From Dirinaria sp. TL-2023a (Eukaryota), in the NCBI GenBank assembly GCA_051941275.1, contig JAVEBF010000058.1:1-37039 (forward strand): a stretch of 37,039 nucleotides of DNA, written 5' to 3'. The translations under genes were made by a program, and so were the position numbers. The notes below the pieces were generated by a model. It saw only the letters and a list, made by a program, of their open reading frames with translations. It had not been told where the DNA came from and did no database searches. This document shows, one piece after another, positions 11,001 to 23,000 of the stretch (positions are counted from its first letter, which is position 1; each line of letters begins with the position of its first letter).

Positions 11001-14000
11001 ATATCTGATCAAAGGTCTCTAATATATTTTGTGCATGGCCATCGTCAAGGCAATGCGTCCAGTAATTGAAGTGTATGGAGATACCAGTCTCGTAAGCTTC
11101 TACGTTGACCGTTAGATCATATTCTGAAGGGTCGTAAGCGTCAAGTATATCAAGTGCTATGCCTTGACTGCCTGTTTTCCCTGAGTCTGGACGCCGCTGA
11201 TATGTGAAAGCGGTATTGAAGATCGATTTACTTGAGAGTTGCAGTTTATGCTGCAAATCACCCAAATAGAAGGCTTGGTGATTCGTGCCTTGAGCATGAT
11301 CGTCTCGAATTTGCTCGAGTGCACTCCTAACTGGTGTGTCGGTGTCACAGTCTATCCTGCAGATGAGCATGGAGATGAAGATTCCGACAGCGCTTTCAAT
11401 ATTCTCAAGAGGGACATCTCGGCCAGAATGAAGGTAGCCAAAACAGACATCGTCACGACCTGTGTAAGCGCGCAAGACCAGAGCCCAGACAAATTGTAAT
11501 GCGTTGGACAAGGTCACGCTATTTTTGGAGCAAAACGAATGTAGCTCTGGAAGCTCTCTGATATCTAGCTCAACTGTCTGTAATTGTTTACTGGCTTCCG
11601 TGCTGTCGCCTAGGGCTGGGAAGTAACAAGGCTCAACATTCTCGAGATAGCGGTGCCAATAGGCTATATCACTTTCGTGGGAACTCTTGTTGATATAGGC
11701 TATGTAGTCGGAATATGGAAGAACTTTGTCGCCAGGATCTTGTGATTCGGCGCAGAAGTCGGTCAAATCCCGGAATATTATTGGTATTGATGTCCCGTCG
11801 ACAATCGAATGACTCATTTCAAGCTTGCAGTATAGCCGGCCTTCCGCTGCTGCGGCTATTGTTAATCGATGGGGCAGCTGACCTTGAACGAATGTAAGCG
11901 GTTCTTGCTTCTTGAGATACTTTACTGCGTTGGAGGAATCGCAGGAAAGCCTATAAGACAAATTCGTTAGTAGTGTTATAACAATGGAGACGGAGTGCGG
12001 TGATAGCTTTCAAGAAGCACTTGAAGCTCAAAAGAGTCCATTGCACTATGAGCTAACAGCAAGGCAACGGACAGGACGAGAGCACGGATGGAACTCCACC
12101 GAGCCACTACGCAAGCGTACGCCCATTACCGCGTCATCTGATTTCATGGCCAATCCAAGTTTTGAAGCTTGAACAAGTTTTTGTGGCTCCAATTCAAAAA
12201 CACCACCACGGATTTCGAGCAGGCTAAGGTGTACAACACGCTGGGCAAATGGCAATGATTTAAATACTTACGGAACGATATTCGGCGATACGTGTTTCAG
12301 AACGGCTTGATCCATGAGACCTTCCTGCGACAGGCTTTTAATGAATATGGTCCTGAGCGCAGAATGCTTTGCGACAACCTTTCGCCAGGCATTTGCGAGC
12401 TTACTAGGGTCGACAGGAGTAAGTGGATTTGCGGAGCTGACTGTGAAGATAGATTGGTACATGTATTGTCCATTGTCCTTGATCTGGCTCAGTAAAAGCC
12501 CACGCTGGATCGGCGAGCAACCATAGACATTCTCGATATCACCGATTGATTCGAGGCCTATGGCCGACAACCGTTCTCGCAGCGACTCCATGATACCATA
12601 TCTGAGAGGTAAGAGAGGGAAGCTATCAAGGGTCGCTTGAGGTTCCATTTTCATGAGCAGCTGAGAAGCAGAGCGAAGAGAATTCTCAAGCTCAGTAACC
12701 CAGTGTCGGATACGAGGCTGGTACTTCATATTCTTGTTATAGTCAAGGCTTAATTTCAGTCTGTGCTCTGATATCGAAGCTGACAGTTCGAAGAGTGCAA
12801 ACCGCGGGACCGACGAGCCAATATCGAAGTTGGTCAAAGAGTCATTGACTGGCTGAAGCAAAGAATGGCTCTTTTTTAACATGTTCTCATGACCCAGATA
12901 GTTGAAAGCGATCTCCATCGGCCAATGGCTTGCAAAGTCGGTTTTGCTATCCTCTGCTAGCATTCGATGCGCAAAATACTGACGTCCCTTGTCCACTATG
13001 CGAGCCCTTTGATCTTTTACCCATCGAATAATTCTCGTGACCTCCTGTTCCTGGCGTGCTTCAGTAGGAACGAAAATTGGGCTGATAGTGGTGAACCATC
13101 CCACTGTATTTGTCAAGTCAAGCTTCGCATCCCAAGGCTCACGGCCGTGACCTTCATTGAAGACCGCAGGTATAGATTCTCGATCCGAAAATGCTCGGCA
13201 AAAGGAATGAAGAATACAGCCAAGCAGTACATCAACGATATCAGTCTGAAGCGAGCGATGACAAGGTCCTAGAAGACATGTCGTTGTTTCCTCATCGATA
13301 GCAAAGTCCAATGTGGAAACATCGCCGTAGACGTTAGGACGCTCTGACATACCCCAGTAAGCGAAGTCAGGCGTCGCAACTTCATCAGGAAAGTATATGC
13401 CGTTCGATGTCTCCCAACTGACTCGTTCATCCTGAAGGCGTGACCAGCTCTGGAACGGAAGGGAGAGCTGGGTTGTGGTTTTACCCGACACGAGCAATCC
13501 CTCAAGATCCTCCAGAATGATGCCCCATGAGACAACGTCCACAACAAGATGGTGCACAACAAGCGAAAGAACTTGTGACCCGCTCTCGCCAAATTCGAAC
13601 AGATCAGCTCTGTACAACGGTCCATTGGTGACGTCGAGATTTTTCTGACTAGCCTCAATGAGAGAGCTCATCTGCTTCGGAGAGTATGTGCCAGCATGTG
13701 CCACGAAATGGTGGGAGTTCAGAGGTCGCCTAGTCAGTTTTTGCATCCAGACACCGTCTTTGGATTTCTCAAAACTTGCATTGAGCATTGAGTGCACCTT
13801 ACTCAGCTCCTGGATCGCATGCGATACAGTTTCCGGTTCCTTCTTTTCAGTCAAAGTGACAACCATGCTTTGATTGAAGTAATTCACATGATCACCCACC
13901 CATTCGAAAAATAGCTTTTGTATTGGGGCTAGGCTGAATAGCTTCTCGAATTCCTCAGCGGCAAACGCCGAATTCTGGGGTAAAGTCACCCGACAGGCTA

Positions 14001-17000
14001 GGTCTGAGATCGATTGGCAACGTATAATATCCTGAACTGTTACTCCAAGACCTGCTGCTCGGCATTGAGATGAAACCTGAAGCGCTGCTAAAGAATCGCC
14101 GCCGAGGAAGTAAAAGCTGTTGTCAAGACCAATTTGCTCCATGGGTAGATGTAGGACTTTTGACCAGATTCTTTGTAAATGTTGTTCAATTTCTGAACCC
14201 TGAATGTCAAAACTCTCTCTCCCTGTTCGAAAGATTCCAGCAAAATCGTCTTCAGTCATTTCCTCGAGCCATAATATTATTCGTCTCCTGTCCAGCTTTC
14301 CGCTCGGTAGCAAAGGGATCTCTTGAAGAACCACCCAATTCGAGCAGACCATATACGGCGGCAGGTGATTAGAAAGGTACTCTCGGGCGCTTTTAACGGG
14401 AAGTTCGGACTCCTTCGCGGCCACTACATCAAGACCTTGATGCAAGATGCCGGACTGCATCTCCCCTTGAAGCGAAAGTACTCCTACAAGCTTTTTCTCG
14501 CAAAGGCCATGGGTTGGGACAACAGCTAGCGCGTGTTTGATATCCTGGACCTGACCCATGTGGTACTCCACTTCACCGAGCTCCAACCTCTGACCATGGA
14601 GCTTTGTTTGGCTATCCTTCCGGCCCACATAAAGCAACGAGCCGTCTTCGTCGTATTTGACCAAGTCCCCTGTTTTATACATCAAGGGCTTCGCTAAAGC
14701 TGGAGAGCAATGCAAGTCATTCACGCATTCAGGGCAAGAAACAAAAGACTCTGCGGTCTTTAAAGGGTTTTTCTGATAACCAGATGCTAAGATTGGACCG
14801 ACGACCACCAGCTCTCCTACGGCGCCAACAGGCACTAATTGGTCATGGCGGTGCTGATTGACAATAAAGCAGTGACTTGAAACCGCTCGGCCAATGTTCG
14901 AAGGCTGAGAAGTCGAGCACACATTTGGATTAACGGTGGCGACTACTGCACACTCGCTTGGACCGTACGCGTTAATAAGATGCGTCTTGCCAGCCCAAAT
15001 AGCAAGATTATTCCGAGTCATACTCTCGCCGCCGAGTACAAGGGTATCGAGGCTTGGAACGCTGGATGGCGTAATCATTTGAACGAAAGATGGTGTAAGG
15101 AGAGCCCAGGTCACGTTCATATCATTAATGACTTTCGTTATGTCGTTCAGCCGTGCCCGTTCATCGGGGATGCACACACAGCCGCCGAACATCAACGTCG
15201 TGAATATTTCTACCATCGATGCATCAAACGTATAGGATGCGAATTGAAGTACTCGGGAAGTTGACTGCATTCGCATAGCTGGTCCATGTGCCGTGGCTCC
15301 GCTCACAAATGCGGTATGGGAGACTAAGGTACCTTTCGGTTTCCCAGTCGAGCCGCTCGTGAATACAATATATGCAATGTCATTTGGTGAACAGGACGCA
15401 AGATAGGTAGGTTTCTGAGGGAGACGAGCGACATTTTGCATCTCCACAAGATGGACCTTAACTCCCAAGGATTCGCAGACCTCTTTGTACTTAGATGATG
15501 AGAGGACACATTTTGCATCCACATCAGCAATGATGCTTTGTAACCGTGCATTTGGAGAACTCCCATCAATGGCCACAAAACTTGCACCAATCTTGAGAAT
15601 TGCAAGCATTGCAATTACAGCCAAAGCTGACTTCTCGAAACAAACAGGTACTTTCGAACGATGGCCAAGACCAAGCTCTTGTAGATGACGCGCTAGAGAA
15701 TTAGCCAGATTATCAAGTTCCGAATACGTTAAGTTAGCATCCCATGAACAGAGAGCTGGAGCCAGGGTCGCCGCAGCATTGACTCTTTCTTGTATCATGT
15801 CATGAATACCCCTGTTGATAACGGCGTAAGGCTTTGTATTCCATCGCTTGATCAACGTCCTATCATCATTTGTGATGGTCTGAATTTCACAGAGTCGCGA
15901 AGAAGCTCTGTCGGATTCACTCAGCCGCGTCAGAGTACATCCGAAATAATCAAACAGTTTCTGGATTTGCCACAGAGGGATAACTTCAGAGTCAAAGTAT
16001 GCAGTAGCTTTTACGCCAGAATTGCTGACGTCAAAAGATATTGTAAGGGCGTAGGTGAAAAAGTCGGTCGCAGAGGTTCCTGCTTGTTCTGGCTTCCAGA
16101 AATCGTTGTCCGAACCGGAGTCGCCGCTATTGATGCTGATCAGGTTCTGAAACTCACAGGCCTTTGCGGTATCAGAACTGAGTCGCTTTATACGCTGGAG
16201 ACCCATATATTGGAATGGCATAGCCTCCGTACAGTCGCCTTGCACGTTCGTCAAAAACTCAGCGATTGTTAGCTCAGAATTTGTCCGAACACGCACAGGT
16301 ATCGTTGCAAAAGCAGGACCAATCATGTCAACGATGCCGAATATTGGGGCATCGCGGCCATTTACTGTTTCAGCATATGTCACATCATCTGAATTAGAGT
16401 ATGCAGAGATTGTCAGAGCCCATGCCGCTCGTATCAGACAAGGCATAGTATATTCACCACCCGAATTCTGAGGAACAGAAGTGAAGTGCGAGAATGAGTC
16501 TGTCACACGTGGCTGATATGTTGATTTCGGCAGCATTGGATATTGTGGAGATGCTGTGTCTGCTAATCTTGATCGCCAGAAGTCTTCCGACGCAGCTCCG
16601 TCAATGCTTGTTAGATATTGCATGAATTGTGAATAGGACGGTACATCGGCTGCCTCAAGTCTTTCGGCCCCGTTATAATGAGCCTCAACTTTGTCTAAGA
16701 CAAGCTCAAAAGACCACCCGTCATACAGTGAATGATGTATGGTCCACACAAAGCAAGCTTCGTTTTCACTGCCTCCAGCAATTGCGTATGCTGTGAGACT
16801 GGCACCATTCGAAGTAGGCTTTATGCGGACAGCGTCCGGTATTTCTGTCACATTTTCGTATCCGCACCAGTCGACTTTCTCATTGATCACAACTTGGAAA
16901 AAGCCTAGATTTTCCATGTAGACAATGCGGGTTCTTAAAATAGCTTCCGCAGCAACAACAGCCTCCCAAGCTGCTTTGAACTTATCGAGGTCTATCGAAG

Positions 17001-20000
17001 GCAGGCGGTATACGTTGTGGGCAACATAGGCTCCTGGTTGTTTGTCACTTGACACAATTAAGCCTTCTTGGATCGCGGTAGCAGGATATACGTCTTCAAT
17101 GTCGTTCTCAGCAACTTTGCACAACTCTGATATGTCAGTAATCATCTGGCTGAGAGGCAAGGTAGCTGGAAGAAGCTCAAAGGGTTTAGGGCCTGCTGTG
17201 GAAGCCTTTTGATCAAGCGCGTCTGAAGCGTACGCATTTTCACACATTCGTGAAAGCGTCGCGTTCCGGAATATGTCAGCTACAGTAAGATTTATGTTCT
17301 TGGATCTTGCAGCAGTAACTAGACGGATTGCTGCAATCGAATCCGCGCCCTAGCCTCAAAGTCAGCTACAGATTCTTTAGAGATTCGTTCGGCATTAATT
17401 GAAGACATCTTTAGCAGTCATGATCGACCCTGGAATGAGGCATATGCTATCATTCGCGCCAAAAAAGGATAAAGGCACGTGATGCAACGATCAGGCCCAA
17501 GGAACGAAATTAGGGAGATGACATACCATACGGAAGAACTGTGCATCCATGCCAATAGAACCTGCTGGAAGGCTGAGTACAGACTCCCAAAGTTGAGCCA
17601 AAGTTTTCTCAATTTCAGTAGAAGGTTCTCGCCCAGTCGCACCGGCAAGCCTGAAAAGCGCTGTTTGATTCTCGGTCATCGAATTGGCCATAGCTTGCAA
17701 CTGTTTTCTATCAAGTTTTCCGGAGCTCGTAAGAGGTATTCTTGCCAAAGGAATGAAGAGTGTAGGGACCATATGCTTTGGAAGAGCTCCTGCTAAGGAG
17801 GCCTCTAGCTTTTGGAAAATGTCGCGCAGCGTGGTCGACATTGGCATCAGCCCGTCCTCGGGAACAGTCGCAGAGGCATTGCTATCGTTCTGTGGGCACA
17901 GAAAGAGTGCTAGAGCTTTGGTGCTCGTTTGATTGTCACCAGGCCTAATCAGTTCAACCGCGAAATGCCAATCGGTTTCGAGATGGATCCGAACATGATA
18001 TTCAATCTCTCCCAGCTCGATTCGCTGGCCATTCAACTTGACCTGCTGGTCTTTGCGTCCAATATAACAAATTGTCCCATCCGAGTTGTAGCGTACCAAG
18101 TCGCCGGTCTTGTACATTCGTCTTGGAGCGTTACTATAATTGACTTCTGGGCCATTGAGTGGATTATCAATGAAGACCTGAGCAGTCTTCTCTGGGTCGT
18201 TGAGATAACCCCTGGCAAGGATCGGGCCTTCTATTGCCAATTCTCCCTCACATCCGATCGCCACTAAGCGACGATGGTCCGATGGGTCAACGATCCACGA
18301 TACACTTCCTACAGAGCGGCCGATGCTAGATGCATCACTTGACCCTCGTATGTCTGTCCTGTGGGTTGCATTGATGGAACACTCCGACGGTCCGTACTGG
18401 TTGTGGACTTCGACCGCATCTCCCCATACTTCCAACACAGTCTTCGTGAGTGCTTCGCCACCTAAGCCGATCTTCTTTATGGTTGGCATCTCAGCAGGGT
18501 TCAAGTATGTAGCAACAGTTGGAGTCAGATCCATGAAGTTTGCTTCGAGTCTCGAAGCGGCGCCTGCGAGGTCGTTGAAACGATCGTGGTCGGACGGTAC
18601 ACATACTGTTCCTCCGCGCATGAGCGTGGTGAAAATCTCTTCGAGACTGTTATCGAAAGTGTAGCTCGCAAATTGAAGGCATTTTGTACTAGAGCCGAAG
18701 CCAAGAGCAGAACCATGCGCCTCGGAGCTCGTGACGAGGGCCCGGTGCTCCAGCACTACCCCTTTAGGCTTCCCTGTACTGCCACTCGTGTAGATCACGC
18801 AGCATGGATTATGAGGCTGTACTGACGTACAAAGATAGGGCTGGGCTGAAAGGCTATCGAGGAATTTTCGGTCGATTGACACAATTTGATGACCCATTCC
18901 AGTAAAAGTAGCTTGGTAGCAGGATGATGTCAGGATTACAGGTGCTTTAGTATCCTGAATACGCATTTCAAGAGCGGTGGTCGGATGCATTGGATCCAAA
19001 GACACAAAGGCTCCACCAGCTTGGAGGACACCAAGCATTGCAATAATCGTATATGCCGATTTTTCGAAACAGAGACAGACGTACGTTTCTGGACCAATGC
19101 CGAGAAGTTTGAGATAGCTGGCAAGCTTTCCTGCAATCATATTTAATTCGGCGTATGTGAAGTTACCATCCCATGCGCGAATAGCTGCCGCGTTAGGATG
19201 AAGCACCATTCGTTCTTGAATAACCTCATGCACACACTTGTTGATGGTTTCTGGCATCTCTTTATTCCAGCTCGATATCTGCTGGTAGTCCGAATCACTG
19301 ACACATTGGACCTGGTCAACAGCAAGCTCTGATGATTTCACAATAGTTCGTAGAACCTGTAAGAAGGTGTTCGACACGTTGTTTGCGTGTCCGTCCGATA
19401 AGCAATCTGTCCAGTAGTCCAAGTCAACAAGTGCTTTTCCATCAGAAATCTCGATATTGATTGAGACGCTGTATTCTGTTGGATCATAGTACGGAAAGCA
19501 GTCATCAAACGAGATCGCGTGCTGTTCGCTTGCGGTGGCAAGAGGCACTTTGCGATATGATAACGACGTATTAAATAGCGAGGCGCCCGGGAGCTTGAGA
19601 GCGTGCAATACTTCTGATAACGCAGTTTGGCAGTGATCCTGGCCGTCTGACAGATCTGTCTGAACTTGCCGCATGGTCGCTATAAGTGGTGTTTCCGGCT
19701 CAAAAACAACACGACATACGACCATATTGACCAAATAACCCACAAGATCTTCGATACCCTGTATCGAAGGATCTCGCACCGACATCAAATAGCCGTAGGA
19801 CACGTCATCAGAGCCTGTATAGCACCGAAGCAACATAGCCCAAGCCATGTGAAAGACGTTGGCCATTGTCAAACCGTGAAGGTCGCAAAACAATTGAATA
19901 TCTCTCAGATCGTCCACTTGCAGATGCTTGGAGTGTAACTGCCGTTGCACACACGCGGCGTCATCGAGTTTGGGGAAGATTGTGGGCTCGATATTATTGA

Positions 20001-23000
20001 GATAGGTTTTCCAGTACCCAATACCAGCGTGAGTTGACTTGCTTTGCAGAAAATGAATGTAATCGCTGTACAACGGCCCTGTTTCATGCAAGAACCGCCC
20101 CTCGTAAAAGCATACAAGCTCTCGGAAGATAATGGACATGGAAGCCCCATCCTTAAGGATAACCGAGTCAGCACACTCCAAAGCCATCCCAACATATCAT
20201 GATGAATAAGGGTGACATGACCAGGGAAAGAGGCTTGCCAGGCTCTGCAGTTATACAGGAGGGAAACGCATGAGCAGGAAAAGATTACTGACTATAATAG
20301 TATGGCTGATCTCCAGCCTACAAAAGACGCTGCCGGCTGAGGTATCGCAAATGGTTAATTGATGTGGTGGGCTCTGATTAGTTTGTTCCATAGGTGCTTG
20401 GAAGCGAAGTAATTGTATGGCATCTGCATCAGTCTTGCATGTCAGGCGCACAATGTTCGCCTTGATTTTTCTGAGAACAATTTGATCGTATAGTACATTC
20501 TCTTGACTTGAACTTTCGACGAATAATGTACGAAGTGAAGCATGGCGATCCACAATTTTCTGCCACGCATCCGCAACTCTGTTACTGTAGACTGGATCAC
20601 CGCATGTTGAGTTTATTTTGTAAACGCCAGCAACCGCATAGACATCCGCATCGCGCTGTTTGCTTATCAAAAGACCCTGCTGTATCTGTGAGCACCTGTA
20701 TATATCTTCAACATTACCTATGTCTAATATTCCAACGCGAGGTAGGCTGTTACTCAGTAGCTTTTCTAGTTTATCATACGTTAGTGAAAGTAGGGGAAAA
20801 TCGCTCAATGTGGGCTGATAGCCCATTTCTGCAAGCCTCGACGGCTGTGTAATGAGAATATCGTGGCAGTGTGAGATCCAAGAATTGATCCTCTCCTGGT
20901 GATGCATATGGCGGTTGAAAGTAAATGAGAAGCGAAGTTTGCCTTGTGCAATGACTGCGGAGATCTCGAACAGGCCGAAGCGAGGAGTGTGAGAGCCAAC
21001 ATCTGCATTGCCACCTGCTCCTCGAGCTTCTCCCGCAAGCTCCTCAACGGGTAACAGCAAAGAATCTTCACGTTCGAGCTGCTGGTAGACTCCGAGATAA
21101 TTGAATGTTATTTCAAGAGGCCAATGACTCGCGAATCTCTTTGAACCTTTGGACGTAAGCATGCGGCTGGCGAAGTAGTGTCTTCCATTGGCAGGAACGC
21201 TACGACGGAAGTCTTTGACCCGCCGCAGTACATCAAAAAAATCTCCAGATGCGGCTGAATCGACATACACTGGGTACATCGTTGTGAACCATCCCACAGT
21301 CCGTGATAAATCAATGTTTTGATCCCAAACCTCGCGGCCATGACCTTCATTAAAGATGGTCGGGGCTGTACGGTCATTGAATACCATCGAGAATGAATGC
21401 AGCATTGCGGCGATGAGTATGTCTACTGTGTCGGTCCGCATAGTTTCGTGGCACTTGGAGATTATGATATCCGTAGCGAAGGCATCTAGCTCGAAGCCTT
21501 CCCGGCGGACCTCTCCATAATGATTGGGTCGGTCTTGCATCCCCCAGTACGCATAGCTCTGTGTCGGTATATCACGAATTGGTAAGAGACTCTGAAGCGG
21601 AAGTTTATGAGAGTGTTCGACTTGCATCGCACACCATGTTTGAAATGACAACGAAACCTCAGTAGGTGCTGCCGGCTGTGGGCTCGTCAGTAGCTCCTCC
21701 AGATCCTGTAGAATGATTCGCCAAGATACGAGATCGATGACAAGATGGTGACTTGTCATGAACAGCAACTGACTACCATTCTCAAGCTGAAATGTATCGA
21801 CTGCGAAAAGAGGTCCGTTCACCAGATCAAGTGAGGCTTGAGTCTCTGACATGAGTGGAATAGCGTCTTCCTTGGAGGAGCACTTGTGGACATGGAAGGA
21901 ATGAGACCCCGTCACATCGGTTGTAATGCGCTGTTTCCACTCATCGTCTGAAACTGATAAGTCAAATCTTGCCCGGAGCATCGAATGACGACCCACGATG
22001 GTCTTCACCGCTTGGTGCAGCTTTGCGGGCTGAATGGATCGGGCCAAGCGCACGAACACACTTTGATTGAAGTGGCCTTCGCCACGATTAGGAAGCTCAA
22101 AGTACAAGCTTTGAATTGGAGAGAGGTCAAACTCTTCTTCGATCTTCTCGGTTTGGATGGTATCGGAGGCGACTGTTCTGGCCAGGCTTGCGAGGTGAGT
22201 TATAGATTTAGCGCTAAGGATATCCTTGACGGCAAGACCAATGCCGTTCTTTTTACATTGACTTTGGACCATCATAGCTGTGATACTATCACCACCCAAC
22301 GCCAACCAAGAATTCTTCAGGGTGATTCGTGTCGGTTTCAAATTCAGAGCATGGCCCCAGAAGTCTCGTAATTGATTCTCGATCTTCGTTGCCGGTTTCT
22401 CATCGCATTCGCCTCTCTCGATCCATTGAGAATAGGTTTCCTCGCTCATTTCATGAAGTCGATTGAGAATGGCTTTGCGATCCAATTTGCCAGACCGTAA
22501 GAGCGGTATAGATCGTACCACGAGCCAAATGGATGGAAGCATAAAGGTAGGCAATCGACTTGACAGCCTTTGGCGTGCTACAGCAATCGTTGGTTGAGCT
22601 TTATCTTGTTCTAGTCTGTCAACGAGCTGCAATTCATTCGCATTCAACATGTTTTCAGCCGACAATACGCCCTGCAAAGAGATCACTGCTACAAGACGCT
22701 GTTTACAGAACCCTGCCTTAGGCAGTAAGACTACCGATTGACGGATAGCCGATTCTGCCTTGAGGTGATGTTCAATCTCTCCGAGCTCCACCCTTTGTCC
22801 ATGAACCTTCACTTGCGTGTCTTTGCGCCCAAGAAAATATAACATTCCATCAGACGTGCGATATCTGACAAGATCACCAGTCTTATACATTCGACGAGTC
22901 AACACCTGCAGCTGACCTTTACCAGGCCCTGGATCCACTGTATCATTCTGGAAGGGAACCTCAACGAATGAATCACTTGTACGTTCTGAATCACCGAGGT

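Noticed and set aside
17338..17349. T2 motif GADS as an inactivated carrier
   Set aside because: The Ser is intact and GxDS variation is tolerated.
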